Below are positions 11,244 through 22,751 of a stretch of 64,000 nucleotides of DNA, piece by piece. The position numbers and the translations under genes are program-made. This stretch comes from an uncultured Gammaproteobacteria bacterium (GTDB lineage Bacteria; Pseudomonadota; Gammaproteobacteria; DRLM01). Below the pieces are notes generated by a model, which made no database searches, was not told the DNA's origin, and saw only the letters and a list, made by a program, of their open reading frames with translations. Location of the stretch: contig CAVSNY010000007.1 in NCBI GenBank assembly GCA_963729605.1, forward strand, positions 1-64,000, written 5' to 3'. The first letter of the stretch is position 1. Each line of letters starts with the position of its first letter.

Positions 11244-12143
11244 TTATTTCACCGGCGCCGCGGCGGGCGTTTCAGGCGGGGGCGCGCAGGGCCCGGCGTT
11301 GGAATCGCAGGGGACCACCGGTGCGGGCGGCCCCCATACCAGCAAGACCTCGCGGTTCTGCTCCAGCTTGGCCACCGGCCTGGCGCTCACCGTGGCGAAA
11401 CTCTCGGCGGGGTTGCGATCGACCTTCTCGACGAGGCCCACCGGGTAGCCGGCGGGAAACCCGCCGCCCAGCCCGGAGGTGACCAGCAGATCACCCGGCT
11501 CGACATCGGCATTGACCGGCAGGTGCAGCAACTCCAGCTTGCCGGGGGAACCGGTGCCCACCGCGATGGCGCGCAGGCCGCTGCGGTTGATCCACACCGG
11601 CAGGGCATGGCTGGGATCGGTGATCAGCATCGCGGTGCTGGTATAAGGCGCGACATGCACCACCTGCCCGACCACGCCCGAGGCATCCACCAAGGGCTGG
11701 CCGGCTTCCACGCCGTGCCGGCTGCCTTTGTTGATGACGATCTGCTGCGAGAAGGGATCGAGATCCACTTGCAGCAGCTCGGCCACCAGCACCCGCTCCG
11801 CCACGGTGGGAGACGAGTCGAGTAATTCGCGCAGGCGCATGTTCTCGGTCTCGAGCGCCGCCATCTTCTGCAGGCGCGCCTCCTGCAACAAGTGCTGGGA
11901 CTTGAGCGCCGCGTTTTCCTCCTGAAGAGACTCGCGGGTCTCGAACAACTGCCCGAACCAGCCGCCGACGGCGCCGGGCGCGCCCAGCACGTATTGCAGC
12001 GGCGAGATCACCAGGCTCAATCCCGCCCGCACGCTGTCGAGGTGATGGAAACGATGGTCGAGGGTCATGAACAAAAGGGACGCCGCCACGAACACCGCGA
12101 GCCGGATGTTTTCCGATGGCCCCTGCCTGAATAGCGGTTTAAT
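11244..12143 (-). CDS. mreC: Rod shape-determining protein MreC (probable ATT start at 12143)
   Basis: ENMRLRELL, INKGS, LVTSGLGG.FP.GYPVG; upstream in-frame (I)KPLFRQGPS matches the MreC N-terminus, with SD GGAGAG. Confidence 0.93.
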   Translation of the reverse strand: MKPLFRQGPSENIRLAVFVAASLLFMTLDHRFHHLDSVRAGLSLVISPLQYVLGAPGAVGGWFGQLFETRESLQEENAALKSQHLLQEARLQKMAALETENMRLRELLDSSPTVAERVLVAELLQVDLDPFSQQIVINKGSRHGVEAGQPLVDASGVVGQVVHVAPYTSTAMLITDPSHALPVWINRSGLRAIAVGTGSPGKLELLHLPVNADVEPGDLLVTSGLGGGFPAGYPVGLVEKVDRNPAESFATVSARPVAKLEQNREVLLVWGPPAPVVPCDSNAGPCAPPPETPAAAPVK

Positions 12144-12233
12144 GGAAGACTCTCCGTTGCCCTGGTCGCCGGCGAATGACGCGCCGCGCGCCGCTGACGG
12201 ACAGCGGGCCGGCCGCGCCTTCGATGCTGGTCA

Positions 12234-13289
<1,056 letters not shown>

Positions 13290-13443
13290 TTATCCTGTGG
13301 AAAGGGGGGTTGGAGCCGCGCCGCCGATCTTCCCGGGCGGGGCGCTTGCGAATCCGCAGTAATTTAACAACCAGGGGGGTTTGGGGCAAGCACGTAACTG
13401 TGGTAAGTTGCGCTTTTTTCGGGGTCACGCAACGGTATCAGCC

Positions 13444-13731
13444 ATGAGTCTCAATCGAGCCGACATTGAAAAAATCGCCCACTTGGCCCGCTTGGCCATC
13501 GGCGAGGAGGACATTCCGCGCTACACCCGCGAGCTCTCCAACATCTTCGCCATGGTGGAACAAATGAGCGCGGTGGACACCCGGGACGTGGCGCCGATGG
13601 CCCATCCGCTGGCCGCGGGGCAGCGCCTGCGTCCCGACCACGTGACCGAAACCGATCAGCGCGAGCGCTTCCAAGCCATCGCCCCCCAGGTGGAAGCCGG
13701 GCTTTATCTGGTGCCCAAGGTCATCGAGTAA
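13444..13731 (+). CDS. gatC: Asp/Glu-tRNA amidotransferase subunit C
   Basis: [21 protein letters not shown]. Confidence 0.96.
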   Translation: MSLNRADIEKIAHLARLAIGEEDIPRYTRELSNIFAMVEQMSAVDTRDVAPMAHPLAAGQRLRPDHVTETDQRERFQAIAPQVEAGLYLVPKVIE

Positions 13732-13771
13732 AGCGCTCCGCCCTACCCCGTTTTCAAGGAATCTCCGCACG

Positions 13772-15226
13772 ATGCACAATCGAACCATCGCCGAGTTAGC
13801 CCAGGCCTTGCGCAGCAAAGAAGTTTCCAGCGTCGAGCTGACCGGCCATTTCCTCAACCGCATCAAACAACTCGACGGCCGGCTGAACAGCTTCGTCACC
13901 GTCACCGAAGAGTCGGCGCTCGCCGCCGCCCGCGCCGCCGATGAACGGCTCGCCGGTGGGGAGACCGGCCCCCTGCTCGGCGTGCCCTTCGCCCAGAAGG
14001 ACATCTTCTGCACGCAAGGCGTGAAGACCAGCTGCGGCTCGAAGATGCTCGACAACTTCATCGCCCCCTACGACGCCGCGGTGGTCAGCCAGCTCAACGC
14101 GGCGGGCACGGTGATGCTGGGCAAGACCAATATGGACGAGTTCGCGATGGGCTCGTCCAATGAAACCAGCTATTACGGCCCGGTGAAAAATCCCTGGGAC
14201 ACCGCCGCGGTACCCGGCGGCTCCTCGGGCGGTTCGGCGGCGGCGGTGGCGGCACGGCTCACGCCCGGCGCGAGCGGCACCGACACCGGCGGCTCGATCC
14301 GCCAGCCCGCCGCGCTGTGCGGCATCACCGGCATCAAACCCACCTACGGCCGGGTCTCGCGCTACGGCATGATCGCCTTCGCCTCCAGCCTCGACCAGGG
14401 CGGACCGATGGCGCGCACCGCCGAAGACTGCGCGCTGCTGCTGCGCGCCATGAGCGGCTACGATGAGCGCGACTCCACCTGCGTCGACCGGCCGGTGCCC
14501 GATTACGCCGCGACGCTGAATAACGATATCGCCGGTTTGAAGATCGGTCTGCCCAAGGAATATTTCGGCGAAGGCTTGCATCCGCAAGTGGCCGCCGCCA
14601 TCGAGGCGGCCATCGCCGAATACAAAAAACTCGGCGCCGAGGTGGTGGAGATCAGCCTGCCCAACACCGCGCTGGCGGTGCCGACGTATTACGTCGTCGC
14701 CCCGGCGGAGGCGTCTTCCAATCTCGCGCGCTACGACGGCGTGCGTTTCGGCCACCGCTGCGACGCGCCGAAAGATCTGCTCGATTTATATAAACGTTCG
14801 CGCGGCGAAGGTTTCGGCGCCGAGGTGAAGCGCCGCATCATGATCGGCACCTATGTGTTGTCCGCCGGTTATTACGACGCCTATTACCTGAAGGCCCAGC
14901 AACTCCGCCAGCTCATCAGTCAGGATTTCAAACACGCCTTCGAGAAAGTGGATGTCATCATGGGTCCGGCGTCGCCCACCGCGGCCTTCAACATCGGCGA
15001 GAAGACCGACGACCCGGTCACCATGTATCTTTCCGACATCTACACCATCGCCGTCAACATGGCCGGCCTGCCCGGCATGTCGATCCCGGCGGGCTTCGTC
15101 GGCCAGCGTCCGGTCGGCCTGCAACTCATCGGCGATTATTTCGATGAGGCGCGGCTGCTCAACATCGCGCATCGATATCAGCAGGTCACCGATTGGCACG
15201 CGCGGAGTCCGCGGGGATTTGAATAG
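13772..15226 (+). CDS. gatA: Asp/Glu-tRNA amidotransferase subunit A
   Basis: Amidase signature [17 protein letters not shown]. Confidence 0.98.
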   Translation: MHNRTIAELAQALRSKEVSSVELTGHFLNRIKQLDGRLNSFVTVTEESALAAARAADERLAGGETGPLLGVPFAQKDIFCTQGVKTSCGSKMLDNFIAPYDAAVVSQLNAAGTVMLGKTNMDEFAMGSSNETSYYGPVKNPWDTAAVPGGSSGGSAAAVAARLTPGASGTDTGGSIRQPAALCGITGIKPTYGRVSRYGMIAFASSLDQGGPMARTAEDCALLLRAMSGYDERDSTCVDRPVPDYAATLNNDIAGLKIGLPKEYFGEGLHPQVAAAIEAAIAEYKKLGAEVVEISLPNTALAVPTYYVVAPAEASSNLARYDGVRFGHRCDAPKDLLDLYKRSRGEGFGAEVKRRIMIGTYVLSAGYYDAYYLKAQQLRQLISQDFKHAFEKVDVIMGPASPTAAFNIGEKTDDPVTMYLSDIYTIAVNMAGLPGMSIPAGFVGQRPVGLQLIGDYFDEARLLNIAHRYQQVTDWHARSPRGFE

Positions 15227-15405
15227 CGTCCACCCCCGCCGCACGGCGGGTTAAAGTCTGTTGCGCGGCCGTGTTCGCGCCTTAGTGGCTGATCGCGCTA
15301 CTGCCGATTGGGGCGACCCGGCGCCGCGCATAATCGCCGCGAGCGCGCCCGCGCGCCACCTCGCCCGCAATTTCCGCTGGGCATGACCGTGCCGCTCGGT
15401 CTACG

Positions 15406-16413
15406 ATGAAGGCGATACACTTCATCGAGGACATCGACATGGAAAGTTTCTGGTCCGCCTATGGTTTGTTCATCGCGAAAGCCTTCACCTTGCTGGCGCT
15501 GATCGTCTTCGCCGTCGCGATGACGGCGCGCCTGCTCCGGCGCAAGGACACGCCGCGCGAACACCTGCACGTGAAAAAACTCAACGAGAAATACCAGGCC
15601 ATGGCCGACGTGCTGCACCGCGCCATGCTGCCCAAACACGATCTCAAACATTATCTGCAGCGCCGCCGCGAAGCGGATAAAAATATTCCGCGCACCGCCG
15701 AACCGCGCCCGCGGGTCTTCGTGCTCGAATTCAAAGGCGACCTGCGCGCCTCGGCGGTGCGTACCCTGCGCGAGGAAGTGACGGCGCTGCTCACCGTCGC
15801 CACGCCCAAGGACGAAGTTTTTTTACGTTTGGAAAGCGCGGGCGGCCTGGTGATGTCCTACGGCCTCGCCGCCTCGCAACTGGCGCGCATCACCCAGGCC
15901 GGCATACCGCTGGTGGTGTCGGTGGACCAAATCGCCGCCAGCGGCGGTTACCTCATGGCCTGCGTCGCCGACCGCATCCTCGCCGCGCCCTTCGCCATCG
16001 TCGGCTCGATCGGCGTGGTGGCGCAAATGCCCAACTTCCACGGCCTGCTCAAAAAACACGACATCGATTACGAATTGCACACCGCGGGGGAATTCAAACG
16101 CACGCTCACCCTCTTCGGCGAAAATACCGAAGAAGGCCGCGCCAAACTAAAAGAAGAGATCGAAGAGACCCACGACCTCTTCAAACAATTTCTCGCCCAA
16201 CACCGTCCGCGGCTCGACCTCGCCGCCGTCGCCACCGGCGAACACTGGCTCGGCACCCGCGCCCTGGATTTGAAATTGGTCGATGAACTGATCACCAGTG
16301 ATGACTACCTTCTCAAACGTTCGCACGAAGCGGACTTGTACGCGGTGCGTTATCCGCAGCGGCGGTCGCTGGGGGAGAGGCTGGGGTTGGCAAGGGAGAA
16401 GGCGGGGTTTTGA
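15406..16413 (+). CDS. sohB: SohB S49 peptidase
   Basis: LESAGG, AASGGY, GSIGVV, TAGEFKRT, ATGEHW. Confidence 0.92.
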   Translation: MKAIHFIEDIDMESFWSAYGLFIAKAFTLLALIVFAVAMTARLLRRKDTPREHLHVKKLNEKYQAMADVLHRAMLPKHDLKHYLQRRREADKNIPRTAEPRPRVFVLEFKGDLRASAVRTLREEVTALLTVATPKDEVFLRLESAGGLVMSYGLAASQLARITQAGIPLVVSVDQIAASGGYLMACVADRILAAPFAIVGSIGVVAQMPNFHGLLKKHDIDYELHTAGEFKRTLTLFGENTEEGRAKLKEEIEETHDLFKQFLAQHRPRLDLAAVATGEHWLGTRALDLKLVDELITSDDYLLKRSHEADLYAVRYPQRRSLGERLGLAREKAGF

Positions 16414-16925
16414 TACGACTCTTAATAAAATTTAAAGTCAGTACCAAGCTGCGTAGCGATGTTCGCGATGACATTAGCGCAAGGACATTACGTCGTATGT
16501 TTTGCCATGAGAAGAATCATACTGCCACCAAAGCGCCTGTTATTATTAAATGTCCGGCTTCTGGCGCCGCCTATTATTGTAAAGCTCTCGATTGGAGGTG
16601 TAAGTATCATCGAGAGAATTCATGGATGCGCGGCCTTGGGTGTGACTCTGTCGTTCTTACGCGGATTTCGTAAGTGATCTTGAGATTCAATAGATAATCT
16701 AATTGCTGCGGACCCTGCCTTTGCTCCTCCACCAAAGCGCTAGATAAACGAGATTTCGTCTTTGTTCGAGGCAAGCGTATTGCCGTTTTTTATTTGTCCG
16801 CTATCGCGTACCGTCACTGTCATTTCGCTCTTGTCCCGGGTGGAAAGATTTTTCGGAATACCGGAGGAGCAGTTTCTTACCGAACATCCTGGCATCGACT
16901 CGACGCCTCACTAGATAATGATCGT

Positions 16926-17309
16926 TTACAGCTTTTCAAAAAGCTCCGTGAGCATCGCCGGCCCGCTCACCGCGTTAACGGGTTTCAATAAATAGGTCAA
17001 GATGCCCTCTTTGACGCATTCGTCGATCGCTTCTTGATCCGTCACCGAGGTCAGCATAACGACGGGGAGAGTTTTGCTCTTCTCGCGAATTTTTTTCAAA
17101 GCGGCTTTGCCGTCCATGAATGGCATGACGATGTCGAGAAAGACGACTCCGACCTGATACTGATTTTTTTCGAGCACGTTGAGCGCGCCCTTGCCGTGTT
17201 CCGCCTGCAGCACGTTGTTGTAACCAAGCCCGGCGAGTATGCGCCGCAGCGCTTCGCGCATGATGAGCGCGTCGTCGACCACTAATATTTTTGCGTCCTG
17301 GCTTAGCAT
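16926..17309 (-). CDS. Single-domain response regulator (CheY-like)
   Basis: LVVDD, phospho-acceptor LDIVMPFMDG, MLTS, KP. Confidence 0.9.
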   Translation of the reverse strand: MLSQDAKILVVDDALIMREALRRILAGLGYNNVLQAEHGKGALNVLEKNQYQVGVVFLDIVMPFMDGKAALKKIREKSKTLPVVMLTSVTDQEAIDECVKEGILTYLLKPVNAVSGPAMLTELFEKL

Positions 17310-17312
17310 GAC

Positions 17313-17855
17313 TCAGTCCTCCCCGTGCATGAGATAACTAAAATAGAAACGGCCGCCGACCGCGAGATCAACGGGCACCGTGAAGATTTGTTTGACGCCT
17401 TCCAGGAACATTTGGCTGTCTGCCTGACTGGTAATGTAGGCGGGCGTGCCGAAGCTGAATTTGCGCGTGGCGCTGAGATGGCGGATGGCGAGGCCGATGG
17501 CGGTATTGGTGAATTCGGCGAGGGCCTCGCTGACTTCCGCATTCAAAGTCGTAGCGTTTTCCTCGGTGCCCAGCATCTTGGCGCGCACCCGGTTGCCTAT
17601 CGCCAAGGCGGTGGCGAGATCGTGATTCATGACGATCTTGCCATCGACCGCGCCTTGTCTGCGGGTCACCAGGCAGACCGAGAAGCCTTTGAAGATGAAG
17701 GTGTCGAGCGCGTCTTGATAGGTCAGCAAGTCACTGGAGGCCTTTAAATCGGCCATGCTTTCCAGGGTGAGAATGGTTTCGCTGATAAACGGCACCAGTA
17801 TGTCGTTGCGCACAGTGGTGCGGCTATTGCCGAAATGATCGCCTGCGATCTGCAT
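17313..17855 (-). CDS. CheX-like phosphatase family protein
   Basis: ALAEFTN (E-x2-N) motif followed by P-containing strand; adjacent to the response regulator; start uncertain. Confidence 0.65.
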   Translation of the reverse strand: MQIAGDHFGNSRTTVRNDILVPFISETILTLESMADLKASSDLLTYQDALDTFIFKGFSVCLVTRRQGAVDGKIVMNHDLATALAIGNRVRAKMLGTEENATTLNAEVSEALAEFTNTAIGLAIRHLSATRKFSFGTPAYITSQADSQMFLEGVKQIFTVPVDLAVGGRFYFSYLMHGED

Positions 17856-18149
17856 AGATTTTTATCCGATGATCGGGTGGGTATGGACGGCATCGGATTG
17901 AAATCGGTTTTTCTGAAGTATGCTGGCCTTCTAATGTCTTCGGACAGGTGCTTATAGCCGGGCAAGCGCATCGTGCTGGCGCGGGTTTTTGGGACCAGTC
18001 CGGTAGGGTGGAAGCCCGAAAGACGTTCCACCACATGATCTAACCTGCCCCCGCACCACAAGCCAATCTCGGTTTCCTTGAAGAACCGGCGGCGATCCCT
18101 TAGAATCCGCCCCCTATGCATATCACGCCACCCTAGCGCTCCCCACCCC

Positions 18150-18178
18150 CCGCCGGCCGCATAAACAAGGGCCGCGCT
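18150..18178 (+). promoter_or_regulatory. Possible sul1-like cis-regulatory RNA motif upstream of sulP
   Basis: GCCGGCCGCATAAACAAGGGCCGC in the sulP leader; resemblance is from memory and needs an Rfam check. Confidence 0.3.
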
Positions 18179-18286
18179 TTCACGTCCGTCTCCCGCACAT
18201 CGCGAATAGCTCATGAGCTGCCCTAGTGCCGGTTTGAACGCCGTTTGGAAGTACGCCGCCCCAGCGCGGCGCAGGTGAATAAAAAG

Positions 18287-19765
18287 ATGTTGCGCTCTCT
18301 AAAACAAAACTGGTTTTCGAATATCCGCGGCGATGTGCTGGCCGGCCTGGTCGTCGCGCTGGCGCTGATCCCCGAGGCCATCGCCTTTTCGGTCATCGCC
18401 GGGGTCGATCCCAAGGTGGGTTTGTATGCCTCGTTCTGTATCGCGGTGGTGATCGCCTTCGCCGGCGGCCGGCCGGGCATGATCTCCGCGGCGACGGGGG
18501 CGATGGCACTGCTGATGGTGACACTGGTGAAAGAGCACGGCCTCGAGTACCTGCTGGCCGCGACGCTGTTGACCGGCGTGCTGCAGATCATCGCCGGTTA
18601 CATCAAGCTGGGCTCGCTGATGCGTTTCGTGTCGCGCTCGGTGGTCACCGGCTTCGTCAACGCGCTCGCGATTCTGATCTTCATGGCGCAGTTGCCGGAG
18701 CTGACCAACGTCACCTGGCACGTGTATGCGATGACCGCGGCGGGGCTGGCGATCATCTATCTGTTTCCGTATCTCACCAAAGCGATTCCGTCGCCGCTGG
18801 TGACCATCGTCGTGCTGACGATCATCGCCATCCTGTTGGACCTCGACATCCGTACCGTCGGCGACCTGGGCGAGCTGCCGGACACCCTGCCGGTGTTTCT
18901 GTGGCCGGACGTGCCGCTCAACTTCGAGACGCTGGCGATCATCCTGCCGTATTCGGCGTCGCTGGCGGTGGTGGGTCTGCTGGAATCGCTGATGACGGCC
19001 ACCATCATCGACGACCTGACCGATACGTCCAGCGACAAGAACCGCGAGTGCAAGGGTCAGGGCATCGCCAACATCTCCTCCGGTTTGCTGGGCGGCATGG
19101 CGGGTTGCGCGATGATCGGCCAGTCGGTGATCAACGTGAAATCGGGCGGCCGCACCCGCCTCTCCACGCTCGCGGCGGGCGTATTCCTGCTGCTGATGGT
19201 GGTGTTCCTCGACGAGTGGGTCGCGCGGATCCCGATGGCCGCGCTGGTGGCGGTGATGATCATGGTCGCCATCGGCACCTTCAGCTGGGAGTCGTTGCGC
19301 AATCTGAAGAGGCATCCGAAAAGCACCAGCCTGGTCATGATCGCCACGGTCGTGGTGGTGGTCGCCACTCACAACCTGGCCTACGGCGTGTTCGTCGGCG
19401 TGTTGATCGCGGCGATGAATTTCGCCAACAAGGTGGCGCGCTTCAAATATGTGAGCTCGGAACTCAGCGAAGACGGCACCACGCGCAGCTATAAGGTAAT
19501 CGGCCAGGTGTTCTTCGCCTCGGCGGACAAATTCGTCGAGTCCTTCGACTTCAAGGAGGTGATCGACAAGGTGGTGATCGATCTCACCCAGGCCCATTTC
19601 TGGGACATCACCTCGGTCAGCGCGCTCGACAAGGTGGTACTCAAGTTCCGCCGCGAAGGCACGACGGTGGAACTCATCGGCCTCAACGAGGCCAGCGCCA
19701 CCATCGTCGACCGCTTCGCGGTGCACGACAAACCGGATGCGGTAGACCAGCTGATGGGCCACTAG
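18287..19765 (+). CDS. SulP family anion permease with STAS domain
   Basis: [23 protein letters not shown]-terminal STAS FFASA..WDITSV. Confidence 0.94.
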   Translation: MLRSLKQNWFSNIRGDVLAGLVVALALIPEAIAFSVIAGVDPKVGLYASFCIAVVIAFAGGRPGMISAATGAMALLMVTLVKEHGLEYLLAATLLTGVLQIIAGYIKLGSLMRFVSRSVVTGFVNALAILIFMAQLPELTNVTWHVYAMTAAGLAIIYLFPYLTKAIPSPLVTIVVLTIIAILLDLDIRTVGDLGELPDTLPVFLWPDVPLNFETLAIILPYSASLAVVGLLESLMTATIIDDLTDTSSDKNRECKGQGIANISSGLLGGMAGCAMIGQSVINVKSGGRTRLSTLAAGVFLLLMVVFLDEWVARIPMAALVAVMIMVAIGTFSWESLRNLKRHPKSTSLVMIATVVVVVATHNLAYGVFVGVLIAAMNFANKVARFKYVSSELSEDGTTRSYKVIGQVFFASADKFVESFDFKEVIDKVVIDLTQAHFWDITSVSALDKVVLKFRREGTTVELIGLNEASATIVDRFAVHDKPDAVDQLMGH

Positions 19766-19774
19766 GAGAACGCG

Positions 19775-20626
19775 ATGAAAAATGTAATGGCATGTGTCGA
19801 CGGTTCCAACACCACGGCCGCGGTGTGCGACTACGCCGCCTGGGCCAGTCTGCGCCTCGACGCGCCGCTGGTGTTTCTGCACGTGCTGGACAAGTCCGAG
19901 TATCCGGTCAAATCCAACCTCAGCGGCAACATCGGCCTGGGCAGCCGCGAAGCCCTGCTGGAAGAGTTGGCCGCCCTCGATGAAAAGCGCGGCAAACTGG
20001 CGATGGAGCAAGGCCGGTTATTATTGGAGGCGGCGCAGCAACGGGCGGTCGCCAACGCCGTCGGCGATTCCACCGCCCGCCAGCGCCATGGCGGCCTGGT
20101 CGATACCCTGGCCGAGCTGGAAGACGAGATTCGTCTGCTGGTGATCGGCAGGCAGGGCGAGCACGGCGACAGCATCGGCGCCCACATCGGCAGTCAGGTG
20201 GAGAACGTGGTGCGCACCATGCATCGTCCCATTCTCGTCTGTCCGTCCGAATATCAAACGCCGCAGCGGGTGATGCTCGCCTTCGACGGCAGCACCACCA
20301 CGCGCAAAGGTGTCGAGATGGTCGCCGCCAGCCCGCTGTTCAAGGGCCTGCCCTGCCACGTCGTGATAGCGGGAGCGGACACCGGCGAGGCGCGTCAACA
20401 ATTGGACTGGGCGAAGAGTACACTCGAGGCAGCCGGTTTCGACACGTTCGCTTCGATCCACGCCGGTGAAGTCGAGGCCGTGTTGCGCGACTACCGTCAG
20501 CAACACGATATCAACCTGCTGATCATGGGCGCCTACGGCCACTCGCGCATCCGCCGCTTCCTGGTCGGCAGCACCACGGCCAACGTGATACGCAACACCA
20601 GCGTGCCGCTGCTGCTGTTGCGTTGA
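19775..20626 (+). CDS. Tandem universal stress protein
   Basis: ACVDGS, IGRQGE..GSQVE, MGAYGHSRIRRFLVGSTT. Confidence 0.93.
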   Translation: MKNVMACVDGSNTTAAVCDYAAWASLRLDAPLVFLHVLDKSEYPVKSNLSGNIGLGSREALLEELAALDEKRGKLAMEQGRLLLEAAQQRAVANAVGDSTARQRHGGLVDTLAELEDEIRLLVIGRQGEHGDSIGAHIGSQVENVVRTMHRPILVCPSEYQTPQRVMLAFDGSTTTRKGVEMVAASPLFKGLPCHVVIAGADTGEARQQLDWAKSTLEAAGFDTFASIHAGEVEAVLRDYRQQHDINLLIMGAYGHSRIRRFLVGSTTANVIRNTSVPLLLLR

Positions 20627-20644
20627 GCGAGCGTCGAGCAGAGG

Positions 20645-20997
20645 ATGAGTAACGTGTCGCAGCTATAGGGCATTTCAAGACGCGGCTTCTTGAGTCCCGG
20701 GAACAGATACTCTCCTTGCAGGAGACGCGGGACTTCCGCCGCCGCGGCCGAGCTGGACCAGCGCAGCGTCGGTCGGCTCTCTCGGACGGGCGCCCTGCAA
20801 CAGCAGGCCATGGCGCACAGCCATCGGCAGAGGGTACAAGTGTCGCTGACGCGCGTCGAAGCGGCGTTCCGCTGCGAGGAGGGGCGTTACGGCGCTTGTC
20901 CCGGCCTCGGCGAACCGATCGACCCGCGCGCCTGGAACTCGACCCGGCCGCGACGCGGTGCGTTGTCTGCGCCGAAGCCCAAAACGGGATGCGCTAA
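20645..20997 (+). pseudogene. Degraded TraR/DksA C4 zinc-finger gene
   Basis: ELDQRSVGRLSR..LQQQAMA..EAA..EGRYGAC..GEPIDP in one frame and RLELDPAATRCVVCAE in another. Confidence 0.75.
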
Positions 20998-21125
20998 AAA
21001 AACGGGGGCGAGAGCGCCCGGCATACTCCGTGCTAACCGCAAGCCGGCGACCCACGCCGTGACGGCGGTCAGCCGGGCGCCCAGAGCTTCTCTTAGTTCC
21101 AATTTTGGAGAGAGTTCTATATATA
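20995..21125 (-). ncRNA. Candidate structured small RNA
   Basis: TTGCAC-N18-TAGGAT promoter (21158-21129), nested stems, GC hairpin plus T7 tail. Confidence 0.35.
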
Positions 21126-21180
21126 TAAATCCTATTCGTCGCCACGAATGCCGTGCAAGGGATCAAGGAAAAATGTCGGA

Positions 21181-21228
21181 TCGAAAACGCCGGCGATAAA
21201 ATCCAAGACGCCACCGACAAGATGAAAG
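21181..21228 (+). repeat. 48-bp copy of the 3' part of the 28102..28326 lipoprotein gene
   Basis: 44/48 identity with 28253-28300. Confidence 0.8.
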
Positions 21229-21376
21229 CAGAGGCCCACCGGGGCGGCGCCCGTGTTTGCCATTTCGTTGCGACGCGTGGGCTGCCAAGGACACCGTGAG
21301 TGATTTCATCCTGGCATCCTCGGCGCGCCCATGCGCCGCCGCAGCTGCTTGGTTGAAAAAACCGAGGGAGTGACTT

Positions 21377-22516
21377 ATGAAAACGCCGTCCATGTACACC
21401 GCGCCGATCAGTCAACACCAGGACGCCGGCCGGCGCCGGTCGCGCGACGACCGCCCGGATGACCGGCAATTCGTCGATCGGCGCGCCGAGTCCGCCTTGC
21501 AAAGAAAACAAACGGCGGCGATAGAAAACAGTCCGCGCCAAGCGGCGCAACGGCGCGTGATCGCCGCCGTGGACACCGGGCAGTCGCGGAAAAACAATAC
21601 CGGCCTGCCGGATCGGCTCAAGAGCGGCGTGGAGAATCTTTCCGGTCTCGCCATGGACGACGTGAAGGTTCATTACAATTCTTCCCAGCCCGCGCAGTTG
21701 AATGCCCTGGCCTATGCCCGGGGCACGGACATCCATCTCGGCCCGGGCCAGGAACGGCATCTGCCTCACGAAGCGTGGCATGTAGTGCAGCAGAAACAAG
21801 GGCGGGTGCGGCCGACGCTGCAAATGGCGGGCACACCGGTCAATCATGAACGCGACCTGGAAAACGAGGCGGATGTCATGGGCGCCGAGGCGCTGCGCGG
21901 CCCGGCGCCCTCCGGTGCGCCTTTGCAGACCAAACGCGCGGCTCATGCCGTCGTGCAAGGAGAATTGGAAGAGTGGGTGCGGGCATTGATCGTCGAGAGC
22001 GCCGCCGAACTGCGGGCTCAATTCGACAACCCGCCCGAAGGTAAAACGCCCTGGCATCTCATCGGCGAATACCTCACCAGTATCGGCCAGGGCGGTTTAT
22101 CGGTGGAGGACCGGCAAGCGGCGCTACGGCTGGTTTACGACAATACCGAGGCCGCCGCCGAGACGGACGACGAGGTTTCCGGCGCGGTGCTGCTCATCAA
22201 GGAAGCCAATATCCGCGTCTATCTCGATTCGCATCAGAACAAACATCAGCACGGCAAGTCGATGATCGCCGAACTCGGCGTATGGAAATCGAAGAAAGGC
22301 TCTACCTTCGCGGAGGGCCGCGGGCTGGCCTGGCATCGCACGCATACCGCGGTGACTATAAAAAATTGGGCCTTGGCGCAAAAGATCAACGACGGCGAGA
22401 AAAAGACTCCCAAAAAAGAGCCGCTGGATGATGGTTATATTTACGATGCCACCGCCGAACGCCGCGGCGATGTGATTACCGTGATCTATCATTGCAACCC
22501 GGTGAAGTCGGAGTGA
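21377..22516 (+). CDS. DUF4157 (eCIS core) domain protein with unknown C-terminal domain
   Basis: NNTGLPDRLKSGVENLSG..DVKVHYNS..ALAYARGTDIHL..HLPHEAWHVVQQ..LENEADVMG. Confidence 0.9.
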   Translation: MKTPSMYTAPISQHQDAGRRRSRDDRPDDRQFVDRRAESALQRKQTAAIENSPRQAAQRRVIAAVDTGQSRKNNTGLPDRLKSGVENLSGLAMDDVKVHYNSSQPAQLNALAYARGTDIHLGPGQERHLPHEAWHVVQQKQGRVRPTLQMAGTPVNHERDLENEADVMGAEALRGPAPSGAPLQTKRAAHAVVQGELEEWVRALIVESAAELRAQFDNPPEGKTPWHLIGEYLTSIGQGGLSVEDRQAALRLVYDNTEAAAETDDEVSGAVLLIKEANIRVYLDSHQNKHQHGKSMIAELGVWKSKKGSTFAEGRGLAWHRTHTAVTIKNWALAQKINDGEKKTPKKEPLDDGYIYDATAERRGDVITVIYHCNPVKSE

Positions 22517-22751
22517 CGCCGCCGGCGAGGAAATCGGCGGGGTGATCCTCCGTAAAATTCCGCTTGGCGTTCGAGATACTCTATCTCGTCTTGCGGGAGA
22601 GCGAACGCAAGATAAAACGCGCGCGGGCCGCGGTGAGGAACGAAGCGCATTGCCCGCGATCGATGCGGTTCACGATGTGCACCGCATCCTGCAAGCATGC
22701 GCTCGATTATCGGTAATCACTCTGCTTAATGAAATAGAGATTGCATCGGCG

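Noticed and set aside
16410-16920. AT-rich gap with short ORFs and a repeated ccaccaaagcgc
   Set aside because: No SD, motifs or structure to support a gene or element.
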